The notes below the pieces were generated by a model that was given only the letters and a program-made list of their open reading frames with translations, was not told the origin of the DNA and did not search any database. Shown piece after piece: positions 13,281 through 27,403 of a DNA stretch of 64,000 nt; position 1 is the stretch's first letter; each line of letters starts with the position of its first letter. The stretch is taken from contig MU054049.1 in the NCBI GenBank assembly GCA_013239625.1, forward strand, positions 321,015 to 385,014, given 5' to 3'. The DNA is from Lama guanicoe. Lineage: Eukaryota. The position numbers and the translations under genes were made by a program.

Positions 13281-15067
13281 TACGACCCCATTCTTTTTGC
13301 TTCCAGACTCCTCCTTCCCTGAAAGTATCTTTCCTGTCCTTGTTGCAAATGGCGTGACACGTAGGCCTTCAGGCATTGGCTGGGGTGGGGGTCGACAGCC
13401 CGAGCCAGGGACCCTGAGCCTGCTCTCAGGAGTAAGTGGTTCCACCCATCACGGGCCCAAGCGTGGGCGCAGGATGGAGGGCCTTATGTCCCCTGGCCAA
13501 GTGTCTCGATCCAGCAGCAGCTCCAGATCTAGGGACCAGGGGATGGTAGGATCAGGTCCGCTGGCCTCCAGCTATCAGGCTCCCAGACGTCCTGTTAGGG
13601 TGGCTAAGCCCAGCCTTAATTAGCTGGACTCTAATGACCTGGACATTCTCAATTCCCTCACTTCCAGGATAATAATAGCTCCCTGTTCAGACCAGCATTT
13701 TCCCCTGAAGGACCAGTTTCAGACTCTTCATGCAGCTGGGTTTACTCTGCTCCCTGTCTAACTAACCCAGCATGATTTGCCTCTTACCTTCTCTGAACCT
13801 GGCATCATTCTGGTCTGAATCCACAAGGAGACCCTCATGCTGGTATATGGATGGCACTTAATGTGCTCAAAGCCCCTTTCCCCTGCCCCCTCCTTGTGCT
13901 TGGTCCCCTCCATGCACCAGGCTGTATGTACCCCCAGGAAGCAGACAACACAGCGTGTCCCATGCCCATTTTCCAGATGGGAATCGCAAGGCTCAGAGCG
14001 CTAACACAGAACGTACCACCCAGGGGAGTTTCTAATTACTTCCTGTCACTGCCATTAATTCTTGGGTTTTTAAGGACAGACAATGATTTTTGTCTTCTAT
14101 TACCAGTGATGCTGTCCCCATCAGGCAGAAGCACCAGCCTGGATGTGTAGCAGACAATTGAGAAAACTGCCTTGACTGCACGGTTGTGTGTTTACTTATC
14201 AGAGCGAGCAGGGACGCATGGTTTGGATTCTCCATTTCCTTACTAATTGTCTTATCTGTTTATGCAAAAGTAAATTAAAATCTCCCATTATGGGTATAGC
14301 TTTGCAATTTCTTATAATTCTGTTGGATTTTGCTTGATGCTTGTTGAGACAATGTTGTTTTTGAAATTCCAGGCCTTCGTTGTTAAGTACGCATAATTGC
14401 AGATTGTTCCTTTCGGAATGGTGTGTTTTCCCACATTACCGCTAAAATGCCCTTTGCCTTAAATCATGTTTTATCTGTTATTAATATTGTTTCACCATCA
14501 TTATTTAGGTTTCAATGTGCCTGCTTTTCTTCCCTTTTCTTTCTTTCTTTCTTTCTTTTTTTTTTGCTCTCTGGTTTTTCTGCATGATTTTATTTCAGTA
14601 GTGTCCCTTTTAAGTGGCATATTGATGGACTGTTCAAATTTTTAATCTGGCAATATCTGTCTTTTAATCAGCAAGGGAATCTGCTTCCTTTTTTGGTGAT
14701 TACTGATATATTTGGACTTACTTCAGCTATTTTATTTTCTAGTTTCTGTTCTCCATACTTCTCCATTGCCTCTCTTTTTATTTTCATTTTTCCTGCACAG
14801 GCAAGTTTTGCTTCCTTTAAGGTTTTGAAGTAATTATTATGTTTCTGTTCTTGCATTTGTGACCCTGGCCGCTCCAGCCTCCATCCCTAATTTTACCTTT
14901 TTCCGGGAGCTGAGAATACTCTCCATCACCCCCCACCTCTGTCCCTCCTCCCAAGTGTAACAAGGACCTGGCCAGACTTCACAGCCACCCAGGGAGCCCT
15001 TGTCCTTAATTTGTTATTTGTGTCTGAGGTCAGTTTTACCTCTTATCTTCAGAAAAAAAAATGCTAC

Positions 15068-15716
15068 TGATGCAGGAAAACGGATGTTGGGCGTGAGGAG
15101 GGCCGCGTCCCAGGTCTCGGTTGAGCCCCTGGGACCTGCCCCGCCAGGTGTGGGTCCTTGGCTTCCCCCAGGAAAGAATTCAAGTGCGAGCCACCTTTGA
15201 GTAAAGGTAGATTTATTTAGAGAGATACATACTAAATAGAGTATAAGGCAAGAGAAAGGCAAGGAAAGAGGTGTGGGAATTGGGTGCTCAGGTTAGAGTA
15301 AAAGAAGGTACACACTCCACAGACAGAATGCAGCCGTCTCCGAAGAGGAGGGAGTGAGAAAAGGGCCGCTAGGTGTGGTGTTGTTAATTTTTATGGGCTC
15401 AGTAGCTTCATACGCCTATAGGTGAGACCATTCCAACCGCCCTGGGGAAGAGGCTGAGATTCCCAGGAACTGGGCCACGCCCATTCTTTGGACTTCTGCG
15501 GTTAGCCTTGGGACTGTCACAGCGCCTGTTATTTATCACGCTGTTGCAATGAGCAAGTAATGAAGTTCAAGGTCTACTAGAAGTCAAACCTCTTAATCCT
15601 TGAGGCCAACTAGGAGTTGACTCTTCCACCATTTTGGTGAATCTTCTACAATTTTGGTGTTAAATTGCCGTCATTCCTTGAGTGGCTATGCCCTGCCCCT
15701 CTTCCATTCTGTCTCA
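15068..15716 (-). mobile_element. ERV1-type solo LTR with perfect 4-bp TSD (CTAC)
   Basis: TG at 15068, CA at 15715-15716, CTAC at 15064-15067 and 15717-15720, minus-strand AATAAA near 15213. Inserted in old L1-like sequence. Confidence 0.8.
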
Positions 15717-16198
15717 CTACCTTTAATTTTGATAATAATGTGTATTATAGTTTGACGTATGTTATAGATTCCATGCTATATGGCTAATGTGCTGTTTAAA
15801 TCATTACCAGTTTGCCAACTCAACAGGTATTCTTTGTTACTACATGTTCACAATTTCCTAATCATTAAGTCTGGAGCCAGCCTTTTGAGACTCAGGAAAG
15901 GCCTGAAGCCAAGCCTTTTACTTCAAGAAATGGGGCACAGGGTGGTGGGGTGGCGCTCTCATACTTGAGAGGGTTCCCAAAGGAACACATCTGAAAGCTA
16001 AAGAAAAGGAAAAATCTCGAAAGCAGGCACCTGACATTCAAGCATGTCAGAGCCACGCCAAGTGAGGGCTACCTGCATTTTTCAGAGAATGAAACTGGCC
16101 AGCAGGGGACCCGCTGGGATGGAGGAAACTAAGGTGAGCTTGGGATCTCAAACATCCCTCAAGGACCACTCCATCTCCAGTCCCTCCGATGTGGCCCT

Positions 16199-16701
16199 TG
16201 TCGACTGAAATAAAATGCACAACCTAAGAGCTGAGAGTTACATGTTATTCGTCAGACTTCCCAAGGACTCGAGACCAGGAGACAGCCTTTCTGATGGCTC
16301 CAAGACACTGTTCCAGCCAGGTAAGGGAGAAGCCAGGATGTACAGGAATTTTTGTAGCAAAGACCAGGAAGTAGGAGCATCAAAATATTACTGTTAATGA
16401 AAGGAAACCATATACATCAAGTTAAGGAATTACTGACTTTCTTTGTATGGGAAGATGCAAAAGTCTGGGCTCATTGAAATCATCCCTTTGATCTGCACCT
16501 AGCTGTCCAGGGCCAGTACCCTGTTCTTTCCCATCCTGAGTTCCCTCCTGGGCACCGCTGTGGGTGGCTGCAGAGGCCAGGTTGTCTGCGAGTCTCCATC
16601 CTGAGTTCCCGTCACCCACCGTCGGGGGCGGTGGTGGATGATGATTTGATGGCCACAGCCTCCTAAGTTTACTGATAGGGCTGCAATGTTTTTCATTCAC
16701 A
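16199..16701 (-). mobile_element. Cetartiodactyl-type ERV solo LTR
   Basis: tgtcgactgaaataaaatgcacaacctaagagctgagag...ttcattcaca, TG..CA ends, near-TSD ccct/cccg. Confidence 0.7.
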
Positions 16702-17215
16702 CCCGGATTGACTGCAATCTGCCCACCGTTCTCTCTCTCCCCAGTCCTGGTGCACCTGCTCTTTCTCCCCATAAAGATCACCCCCTTTTTACTCATCCTG
16801 CAAGTTCCTCCTGAAATCATTTTGAATGCTATCCTCACGTGTAGCTGCAAGTCTGTGCCATCCCCTGCTCCCCGACATTTTTCCATTCCTGCCTCGCCAG
16901 GCACCAGCACGGAGAAGCCAGCACTGGCTTCCCCTCCCTGCTCCTGGCCCCTGCAGTGGGGAGGGGGGTGTGGAGCCGGTTGAGAAGCCAGTCCTTGCTA
17001 ACCTCCGCTGGCCCCTCACAGCCCAGGTCTTCATCCCTCGCTGGCCTTCTAGCAGATTTCCCCCAGTGGCTGTTCCCAATCTTTCTCCTCTCCCCAAGTC
17101 CACAAACCCACCCCCACTTCCTGAACGTGTAGGGGATGAATGCGCATCATAATTTATCGAGTATTTCATCTGATAATGATGTTCTTACCTTCTCTCCCCT
17201 TTGCCTCAGAATGCC

Positions 17216-17344
17216 TGGGGGGCAGGGTGGGGATGTGTGCTTAAGTTTATTTATTTATTTATGTTCATGGAAGTACTGGGGATTGAACCCAGGACCTCGT
17301 GGGTGCTAAGCACACGGTCTCCCCCTGAGCTGCACCCTCTCCCC
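17216..17344 (-). mobile_element. Vic-1-like camelid tRNA-derived SINE
   Basis: gtactggggattgaacccaggacctcgtgggtgctaagcacacggtctccccctgagctgcaccc (reverse of tRNA A/B boxes) with (ttta)n tail. Confidence 0.8.
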
Positions 17345-17504
17345 ATATCCCCGCTCCCTCTGCGCTGCTCCTTTACCATGGGTCTTTATTGAGAAATATC
17401 CTTTCTATTTTCAAGAAAAAGTCTTCCCCCTGGACTCTGGATCCCTCGCCTTCCTGCTGTCTTCTTGCCTTCTTTCCATTTCTCTGTCTTTTCACTTTTT
17501 AAAA

Positions 17505-18945
17505 AAAATTTCTTTAGCTTTATTGAGGTATAATTGATATACCAAAGTGTGCCCATGTTTAATTTATACATCTTGACACATTTGCAGATATGCGTACACC
17601 TGTGATCACCACCCCTACAACCAAGGCTCCAAGGCCCTAAAAATATACATCACTTCCAAGGAAATTCCCTCGTGTTCTTTTTTCTTCAGTAAGAACACAG
17701 CTTGAGATCTATCCTCTTAATATATTTTAAACAGTACAATACTGTACTGTATTGTTAACTGCAGATACTGTGTATTAAGTTGTACAGTGAAATCCCTAGA
17801 ACGTATTCACCTTGCATAGCAGATTCTTCATCCATTAAAAAACAATTTCTCCTTCCCCCCTGCACCCGGACCCTGGCAACAATCATTCTATTCTCCGCTT
17901 CTATGAGGTTGGCTATTTTAGGTAGCTCACATCCGTGGGGGGTCGTGCAGTATTTGTCTTTCTGTGACTGGCTTATTTCACTCGGTATAGTGTCCCCTAA
18001 GTTCACCCATGTTGCCACAAATGGCAGGATTTCCCTTTTTTAAGACTCAGTAATATACACATATGTAATTAATCTGTTGATAGACATTTGGTTTGTTTCC
18101 ATATCATGACTATTGTGAATGACGCTAAAATGATCATGGGGGTGCAGATATCTCTTAGAGATCCTGATTTCAACTCTTTTGGATACACACCCAGACCTGG
18201 GATTCCCAGATCATAGTAGTTCTATGTTTAATTTTTTGAGGAGCCTCCATGCCATTCTTCATAGTGGCTGCACCAATTTTACATTCCCACCAACAATGTA
18301 TGGGTTCCAATTTCCCACCTTCTCACTGACACTTAGTTATCCTTTGTTTTTGATCATAGCCATCCTATCAGGCGTGAGGTGATATCCTATTGTGCTCTTG
18401 ATTTTCATTTTCCTGATGATTAGGGATGTTGAGCACCTTTTCATATACCCGGTGGCCATCTGTGTGTCCTCTTTGGAGAAATGTCTACTCAAGTCCTTGG
18501 CCCACTTTCTAATGGGTTATTTTGGTTTTTGCTAGTGAGTTGAAGGAGATTCTTATATATTTTGCATATTATCCCCTTACTAGATAGGTAGATGGTTTGC
18601 AAATATTTTTTCCTGTTGCATAGGATGCCTTTTCACTCTGTTGATTGTTTGCCGTTTCCTTTCCTTTTTAATTTGACTTAATCCCACTTGTCTGCTTTTG
18701 GTTTTGTTTCCTATGTTTTTGGTATCAAGTCCAAGACCAATGTCAAGACGCTTCCTCCCTCCACCATATTTGCTGTGAGAAGTTGTATGGTTTCAGGTCT
18801 TACATTTAAGACTTTAATCTATTTTGAGTTGACTTTTGTTTATGATGTAAAATAGAGGTCCACTTTCCTTCTGTTCCATGTGGATATCCCGTTTTCCCCA
18901 CACCATTTGTTGAAGAGACTATCCCCTCCCCATGTGAGTTCTGTC
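17505..18945 (-). mobile_element. L1 3' fragment (3' UTR and end of ORF2), degenerate
   Basis: tttattgaggtataattga start. Minus ORF MATWVNLGDTIPSEISQSQKDKYC resembles the L1 ORF2 C-terminal region. Confidence 0.85.
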
Positions 18946-19504
18946 TCGTGACTTCTCTTCCTCCACAAAACTCGTGAAAATTGAGTTTATCCACTTAAAA
19001 TAAACCATGTCTTCAGGCTTGTTGCCTTTCAGATTCCTGCCCACCTCCTTCCCTGCTTCTCTTCATGATTATAAAGTTAAATAGTGAACCCAGCAATCAC
19101 CAGTTCTCACCTTGTCCTTGGTCCACCCTTGGCCTGAAGGCATTGTGGCCCTGCCCTCCACACTCACTGAAGACCACGTGCAGTGGCTTCTCTTCGGCTT
19201 CTTTCTCCACAACGTTTTACTCTTGTGACTCCCCAAGTCTCAGTTTCTCTGATGTGTCAACTGCCATCTCCCCTCCCACCTCACATCCATCCTCACTTTC
19301 CTTCCTGCAAATCTCTAAGATTCTGCCCTCCACCCTCCTCTCTTGCTCCCTTTCACCTGTGATTCTCAATGGGCAGGTCCGGCCCTTTAAAACTTATCAT
19401 CATCCAAACTGGGCCACTGTAGAGAATGAAAGAAGTATCATTAATAATTATGTAGGGCGATAGGTGTCAAGCAGGACTGTCCTGCTCAGCTGACCCATAG
19501 GGGC

Positions 19505-20032
19505 TGTTGGAAGGGTGCCTAGGGTTTGTTTTAATCAGGTGTGATGAGACGCACAGACATGGAAATGATTGTCATGAAAGAAGAAGTTATTTCCCCAGAT
19601 CCTTAGAAACAGGGGGCACTGCCCGCTATGGAGGGCCACAAGGGGAAGCACCAGGGTCAACAGGAAGCAGAGGAAGAGGGGAAAACATGGGCAAAAGCCT
19701 TTATTGTGGACTCCAGGGGAGTGAGTAGGCAAGGCAGGGTGAGCTTGCTTAGGATTGGCTTGTTTGAATAATTTCAGTAGATCTTGGGCACGGGGTATGT
19801 TTCTGGTACGTGGCCCTGGGTGATTAGGGCAGGTGGACAGTGGCCCAAAGTGTGACAGCCAGTAAAGGAGGTGGTTGGGGTGTGGGCTCTGGATTGGTTG
19901 GTTTGCAATTGAAGAGCACACTCTTTGGATGAGCTGTTTACCATCTTCAGGAACTGGCTCATCCTGGAAGGGGAGGCAAGGTCCCAAGGTGTCAAAGCAT
20001 CAGAATACAGAAGATAAAAGATAATCAATACA
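19505..20032 (-). mobile_element. Older ERV solo LTR (family not determined)
   Basis: TG..CA ends, ttaggattggcttgtttgaataatttcag and gattggttggtttgca LTR-type motifs. Confidence 0.6.
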
Positions 20033-20280
20033 GAGGTCGCTGAAAGTCACTGGAGAGACTTTTCCAAGACTGAAGAAGAGGATGCTACACTCCCACCCTC
20101 CTCTTACCTTCCCAGGTAAGAGTGATCGCTTCAGTGAGCCAGAGCCACTGGTGCATGTGCTGTGTTGTTCAGGGGTGTGAGAAAAGGGAATGTGCGAACC
20201 TATTTGCACATCACCACGTGACCTCCACTGATTATGTTGCCCTGATGAACGTAATACTTTGATTCCGAATCTATGTTCTC

Positions 20281-20408
20281 TTTCTGGGGGGCGGGGCTGG
20301 TAATTAGGCTTATTTGTTTGTTTGTTTAAATGGAGATACTGGGGATTGGACCCAGGACCCCATGGATGCTAAGCATGCGCTCTACCGCTGGTCTATACCC
20401 TTCCCCCC
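20281..20408 (-). mobile_element. Vic-1-like camelid SINE
   Basis: ggtaattaggcttatttgtttgtttgtttaaatggagatactggggattggacccaggacc...ctaagcatgcgctctacc. Confidence 0.8.
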
Positions 20409-22823
20409 ACAAATCTGTACTTCAATCTCAGGCTCCCTTTTACTCCTGAACTTTCTGTTACCACATTTACTCCCATCCTTTCCTTCACCTGGAGCCGTTT
20501 CTCCCCTAGTTCCACCTATCAAAGACCAGCATTCACTCAAGACCCCCCACCCCCACCCCGTTACAGTGCTGTTTCCTGAAGACATCTTAGTCACCCTCTC
20601 CCAGGCTGGGTCCTCCCCGCTCCCCGACCCTGAGCACTTCCTCAGCTGCCTTCATCCTTTTGCGTGTCTCCCCTATCTGTCTTCCTATCTGGTCCAGCTG
20701 TGGGAGCAGGGGGTGGGGGCCGCCACTCTGCTGAACATGGATGCTCTCAGATTGGATTCTGTTGAATTCCTCCAGAGTCACGTATGTGTGTTAATGTGCC
20801 GACGTATTACTTCCTGGCAACATATTTAAATGAGAATGGAAGCCTCCAGGAAACATGATATTTCAGCCAGTGTTTCCCATAAAATATTATGGAGAATGCA
20901 AGCTTCCTGAGGTGCTAATGGGCGTCAGGCAGAACAAGCAGGTTTGCCTCTGGGTTAAAGAGTTCAGTTTTGCTGAGCTACAGCCCTGCTCCCAGCTTTA
21001 GCTACTGAGGAACCTTTAATAAAGACCGTTCTTCCAAGGAGAAGAAAAGGGAGTTTGGAGGTTTGGGTTTTTTGTTTGTTTTTTGTTTTTTGCAATTTAC
21101 TTGGTCTTTCTTTTCTCAGGTTCGTGGGACTGATGGTTTAGTATGAGAGAAATGCTCTCAGGAGGCTGGGGGCGCTGTGTCTCGGCAGGTGGGTCCTCCT
21201 GTATCCCCAGAGTCACATCAGCTCACATCACCTGGACCGGCACCTATTTAACTGGCGTGCAATCATCCCCAGTCTCCAATAAAGGTAACCTTTGTCCGGA
21301 GACGCTAATATGTCCCATCTGCTCCTTCCTTTTCATACCTCTCCCACCCCGCCCCCCACCAGGGACATAAGCCAAGCCATCCCTTCCCCTGCACCCTTGG
21401 CTCCAGTCAAACTAATCAGCTTACAGTTTCCTGAACCCAGTGCCATGTTTCTCACCTCTATGCCTTTTCTCGCACTACTTGATCAACTGAAAAATTAGAC
21501 ATATATGAAGATCATGATCTTAATATATATGAAACCTAATACAGATAACCACGCACATACATCTATACACGTAACCACGTATATATGAAGTCTGAGCTGC
21601 ACGTATATGTGGAGATGCATAGGAAGGACAGAGAAGCACTGTGGACCCATTCCTCAAAACCTCAGATGGCCTACCTTTCACGTCTGCCATGTTTTTCCTT
21701 GTCAGAGAGCTCTCGTGCCCTCCAAAATGACCAAACTCTAACCTCTCTCCTCCTAAAATCTCCCATCTCCCACACTCCCCCTCACTCCCAGCGGATAACC
21801 CTGCCCTGCTTTCCAGGAGGAAATTTGTCGGGCATCTGACTTCCATCAGAGCCCCTGAGCCTGGCCCCACCTGCCCTCAGGCCTTGCCTCCACCCTCACT
21901 TGCCTGGCCGCACTGGTTTTCTCTCAGTTCCCAGGACACAGCCCGCTCCCCCCGGCATCCCCGCAGCTGGCAAGCCCGCACCAGGGCCCGCTGCGGGCTG
22001 CTCTGTCTCTTCTGCTTGGCCGCCCAGCTGCGTCCTCAGCAAAGGAACTCCCAGTCACCCTGCAGGTCTCAGCTCAGCCATCACTGCTCCCGGGGCCCAT
22101 GGCCCTGGACCCTGAGAATAGGTCCCATTCCTCTGCCGTGCGGTCTCCAGGCACCTGCTTCATTTCATACCTCTCATCTCCTCTCATAGTCATCATGAGA
22201 TTTTTAAGGTATAGACATTTTAATCTCCTGGAGGGTCTGAAAGCCCCACGTGCAGAGGCACCATGTCTACTTCTGCTTCTCAGGCTGCCCCTAACAACGA
22301 GGAAATGCTCAATACTATTTATTGCATGAAAGAGAATAAGTGAATGAGGGAATGAGGGAAAGTCAAGTCTTCAGTACCCACATTGGGGAATCTTGACTTG
22401 GTATGACATGGAAGTTGTAGCTTGGCAGAGGCTCCCCTCTTGACCAAACTTTTGTCCGGTCCCTCTGAGCCCTCTTCTTGACTCAGCCTTGTCTCTGGCC
22501 AGCTGAAGTCAGAGTCACGTGCTGACAGACTCTGAAAGGGGTGAGAAGACTCAGGCCTGAATTCCAGGACAAACTTACACTTGCTTACGGTAAGCCCACC
22601 TGTCACAAACCCAGGATGGCCCTGGACAGCGAGCCACGGCCTTTCCGCGCCCTAGGCCTGGCCAAGCAGCCAGCCAGCTGGTCCGGAAGGGGCCCGGGGA
22701 CCTGTGGAAATGGCAGTTCTCCTGCTTGTGGACGAGGCTGACCACATGTGGGGATGTATCAGACTCCAGACCTCACCTGCCAAGCTTCCCTGGGACACAG
22801 CCTCTGAGGCAAAAACACCTCCT

Positions 22824-23974
22824 GGTTGTTCTCATTCCCTAAACGGCTGTGTTTTATGATGTGTTAAGTTTGGGGGGAGAAAAAGAGAATTTCTCCAGCT
22901 GTGGAGTTATCCCAGCTGAAGGCACTGCGGGCCGGTGATTTACGACTTGCTGAGTGCCAGCAGCGCGCGCGGCTCTGGGAGGGGACCCGGGGCCGGGGAG
23001 CTGCGCCCCGTGCCGCACCGCAGCTACGACCTCCAAGGAGACCCTCCAGGTTGAGGTGCCCCCCGTGGGCCCGGGGCTCCCCGCATGCCAGAGCCGTCTG
23101 TCTCCAAGCCTTGTAAGCTGTTGGCCCGCTGTGCATGTCGCCGTGAGAGCCTGAGCATGGCCTTGGTTCATGGAGATTCTTTGGCTTGAATGATGCTGGA
23201 GGCCCAGTGGGCAGCCGGTCCTGGCCTGGGGTCCCCGCAGCCTTGCCCCCGCCTCGGTGCTTGGGCCCAGGGTAAGCCGGCCCTTGTGTGTCCCAGAGGC
23301 TGACTCGGTGACCTCAAAGCAGACTTTGTTTGCCAGCTCCCCGCTGCCAGACCTAGATGTGAGATTCTGCTTTCCACTGGTTTCTTTCCCCGGGAGGCAG
23401 AAGGTTGGGTCAATGCAGAAGACAGGTGGCCTACCCATGAGGTTTGAACTTAACCGCTTACGTGGTGAGGAGCCCTGCCAGGCTTGGAGTAGAGTGACCT
23501 TGTCAGAGGTGACCTTTAGAGACAGGCTCTCCAAGACGGGCACATAGAGTGACTGCTGGTGTGGGCATGTGGGTGCCATGCAGCAGGGGCATGGCGGAGG
23601 TGGCCGGAATGCATTTGGAGGTGGTTATAATGGATCTAGACAAGACCTGCTTTGTTTGGAATCAGAGCATAAGTGGAAACAGTAAAATTAAATTTCAGCA
23701 TATCAGTTTTCTAAAGCAGTTTAAGTTATGATGATTTAGCAGAACACAGGAAAGCAAGAAAATGTCACACTTATATCAGATTTAAGGAGGTTGAGTTATG
23801 TTACGAATGTATGCAATTTTAATTTTGTTTAACACTCTCTGCCAAAATAAACTTTATACTTAAAATGTGTGTGTATATATAATAGTTTATTATGTACAGT
23901 TAATTCCACTGTTTTGGCTTCAGTAAAATCGATTTTGAAATAAATGAAACGTTGAAAGTAAAAAAACAAAAAAA
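22824..23974 (+). other. mRNA 3'-UTR-like segment ending in AATAAA and an A tail (probable 5'-truncated retrocopy)
   Basis: CpG-rich start, AU-rich end, AATAAA at 23939-23944, A tract at 23960-23974. The left boundary is uncertain. Confidence 0.5.
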
Positions 23975-26299
23975 CCCACCTTCCTCCTTTAATAGGACAC
24001 AGCCCAGCCTCTCAAAGCTCACTTGCAGATTCCTCTCACCTTGGGAGCTGCCTGTAACTCTTGGCAGGTCTTAAATGAAGGTGGGGGGTGACCGTTTGAA
24101 GGGGTGAGAACTTGGGGCTTCCAGTCCCACAGGAGCCACCTGAACCAAACGATCGGTGCCCTGGGCTCCGTGCTCTCTGGGGCTGAGTGCTGGGGGCAGG
24201 TAGACCACTGGTGTACACAGGAGGTGCCAGGGGAGCCATGTTTCTGTGCAATAGGAGGCTCACTGTCAGCTCCAGAAACAAGCAGAAAAACTGAGGGACC
24301 CCGATCCCCACCGGAGAGCTGAGTCTGAGCCCTGAGCAGACGGATGGAGAACCAGGGCAGCCGGCTCTGGCTGTAATGACGCATGACTTAGAGTCCTCAT
24401 CCCCAGGAAGGACCAGTAAACCTCTCTCTCAACTGTTTCTTCGAGCTTCAGATAGGACAATAAGTGAGAATGTCTGCTGTGCTGCGACCCTGTTCAGCTA
24501 TGTGTGTGTGTGGGGGGGGTCACAGCCCTTTTGCCCCACCCCAAGGTGGCTGGTGCCACTCTCCCTTACGGGTTACCAAAGAACAGCCATTCAACTAATA
24601 TTCAGAGTTAGGATGAACCAGCCCTGCTGCCCAATCTTGTATCATGTATTTATTTTATTTTTTTGTATCATTCATTTAATCACCCACTTAACTAATGTTT
24701 CTGGGAACCAGGAAATACGTTAAGCGCTGACAATACAAAATGAAAATGGTGAAGTTGGAAGTATGTTTGACCATGGTTAATCAAGAGGTAAACAGGAAAA
24801 TTATCACCCCAATGATAAACTTTTAATATTGTGGTCTGTTTTTTTTTCTTTTCTCAGGTGGGGTGAATTTTTTTATAAGAGGAAATTCACGTGCAAAATT
24901 AGAGGATAACAGTTCTGAGAGGTGATGGGCCTTTTCTATGCCCAGCCCCATGCTGACCTGCCCCATCTGAAGGGACCCTGGGTTAGAAGGAAGCTGCTGT
25001 AGGACCAAGAAAGAAACAAATGAAAGCTGCTCTCAGCAGCCAGGTCCTACAGAGCCCGGTACCCATACTTCCTTCTCAACAGCCTGGAACACAAGGATGG
25101 CTTGACTTCCAGGTGGATCACAGTGTCTCTGGCCCAGGGAAAGGTATTATGCTGAACGGGCCTCCAAGTCTCACTCCTGTCAGTGGAAACATGAACAGCC
25201 ACTTCTACGTAAGGGCATGGCCATGATCCTACTTCCCATCAAGGAAAGGAACACAAGACCAAACCTGCAAAAGAGGACGCCATGTACTGGGCTGGTGTAC
25301 AAGCCGGGCAGCAGTATTATGTAAGGGCCTGGGGAACTCCTGTTTTGACTCAAGGATGATCACTCTCTCCCTGTTCTCCCTCTGTCTCTCTGGTTTCCTG
25401 TTTGATCGTTCTCCATGAGGGAGTCATCGCTGGTCAGGTTGCAGGATGAACAGGGCTCTGAAACAGAGTCACCTTCTACCATCAGCACCTGCTGCAGCTC
25501 TGGGGGACACAGGGTGAGGGACTCTAATATATCTGAGCAACTGCACACCTGGAGAGCAGGACCCTTGGGCCGACCTACACCGTGACTTATTTTCAGCCAG
25601 CAACCTTTGGTTTTCCTGTTATCAACAGAAGCGGCTTAAACAAAACAGAATTCCAAGTTCAGAAGGATTCACTTAGCAGAGATTTCCCCAAATGCCTTAT
25701 ACAAAGAGCAACAGGAATCAGAGAGGTGACTGTATATTCCTTATCGCCAGCCTGCTTCTCCTGCCAAAGATGGTCTGGGAGAGAGTGTCAAACGCCATCT
25801 ATTTAACAGCTCTAGTCATCGGCACTACATCATGAAAATGACACTTGTCTCTTTTCATTTCATGAACAAGGCAAACTCCTGAGGGCCCTCTGTGAATAAG
25901 TGACTTATTCACTCAATCTCTCTACCAGCCAACGAGCGTTTGTGTGACCTGCTTCAACAAAACAGTAGGAAAACACATCCTGAAGACAAGGTAATAGGAG
26001 AACAGGAATTTAACAGTGAGTTGCTGGAGAAAATTTCTTGTTGCTTAATCCAGCCCAGCCCTTTTGTCTTCCTGCTGGTTATGAAGTCAATGAAACAATG
26101 AAATGTGCTCCCTGTCTACTGGCATGAGAATTACGTTTTCAGTACAGCTGGTTCCTCCTTAACAACTTAAGCTATTAGAAGGTGAGTGAATGTCTGCAAA
26201 ATGTCTACAAATATCTCCAGGGTCTACAAAACCCTCCAAGTGAGAGAAGAACGATGCATGAATTTCATGCAGCACCAAACGTCATGCACGATAAACACA

Positions 26300-26545
26300 T
26301 TTTATTTTATTTTATTTTTTTAATAGACTATATTTTTTTGGAGCAGTTTCAGGCTCACAGCAGAATTGAGCAGAAAATACAGGGAGTTCGCACATAGCCC
26401 TCCCCACCTACACATACATACTCACCTCCCCTCAACATCCCTCACCAGTGTGGCATATCTGGTACAGTCGATGAGCCAACATGGGCACATTATTATCAAC
26501 CAAAGTCCATAGTTTACATTAGGGTTCACTCTTGATGTTGTGGAT
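26300..26545 (-). mobile_element. L1 3'-end fragment
   Basis: T-rich tail then gagcagtttcaggctcacagcagaattgagcagaaaatacag...caaagtccatagtttacattagggttcactcttg. Confidence 0.75.
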
Positions 26546-27403
26546 AAATACATATTCAGATATGCCAGACATCAGGGAATATAGAACTCATGAGGTCATC
26601 TAGGAAAAATTATTTTGGGGATGAATTCTAATCAACGTAATGGAATTTCTATAAATCCACCAAAGAGACAAAAACAACTTTGTTATTACAGTCTGGTATT
26701 TCATTCACTCATGCTTCTTCCCGCAGTCATCATTTCACACCAGAGGCCGAGAGAGGGATGGCGTTTTCTACATGCAAGTCCTCCTCCGAGTCCATCAGGT
26801 GCCAGTGTACTCACGTGCACTGTGGAACTCCAGTTGAAGAAGCTCATGGAATGCGGTGTTTCCCAAACTTCTTTGATCCAAGAATCCTCCTCTTACTGAC
26901 TCTCATGGGACTGATTTCTGCAGAATATTCCTAAGCATTTCAGGATAGCAAGCTCATGTCATAAACCAATACCTATGGTGCGAATAATACTCCAAAAGAT
27001 TGACATTACATGGTAGGTACAGATCCCACTTTCTCTCTTCATTCATTCTTCGTTGTCTTAACTTTTACTGAGGGCCTGCTCTATTTAGGCATCGTGCTAG
27101 GTAATGGGGGCTTGAAGCAGAGTAATGCACAGGCCAGCCAGCAGAGAGCTCCTAGCAAAGTCATCAGTGAATACGATGCTGTGTTTGCTGTAGCAGGGGT
27201 ACGAAGAATCACTCTAAGAGCCTGCGGGAGAGGGTGAAAAAAGTGTAAAGTGCTTCGCAAATCTGCACCTACTTCAAGGAGAGGGCTACGCATGGAATAT
27301 GTCACTGTCCCCTCCTGCTCTTGGAAGAAACATGTATGGTATGGAAAGCGGAAAAGTACCAGGAGGTCACACTGCATGACTGTGCGCCTGGGTGTGGGCA
27401 ACC

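Noticed and set aside
17262..17344. tRNA-like A/B boxes (also at 20330-20408)
   Set aside because: These are heads of tRNA-derived SINEs with tails, not tRNA genes.
22854..23579. 241-aa minus-strand ORF
   Set aside because: No recognisable homology. It lies antisense in a GC-rich UTR-like segment.
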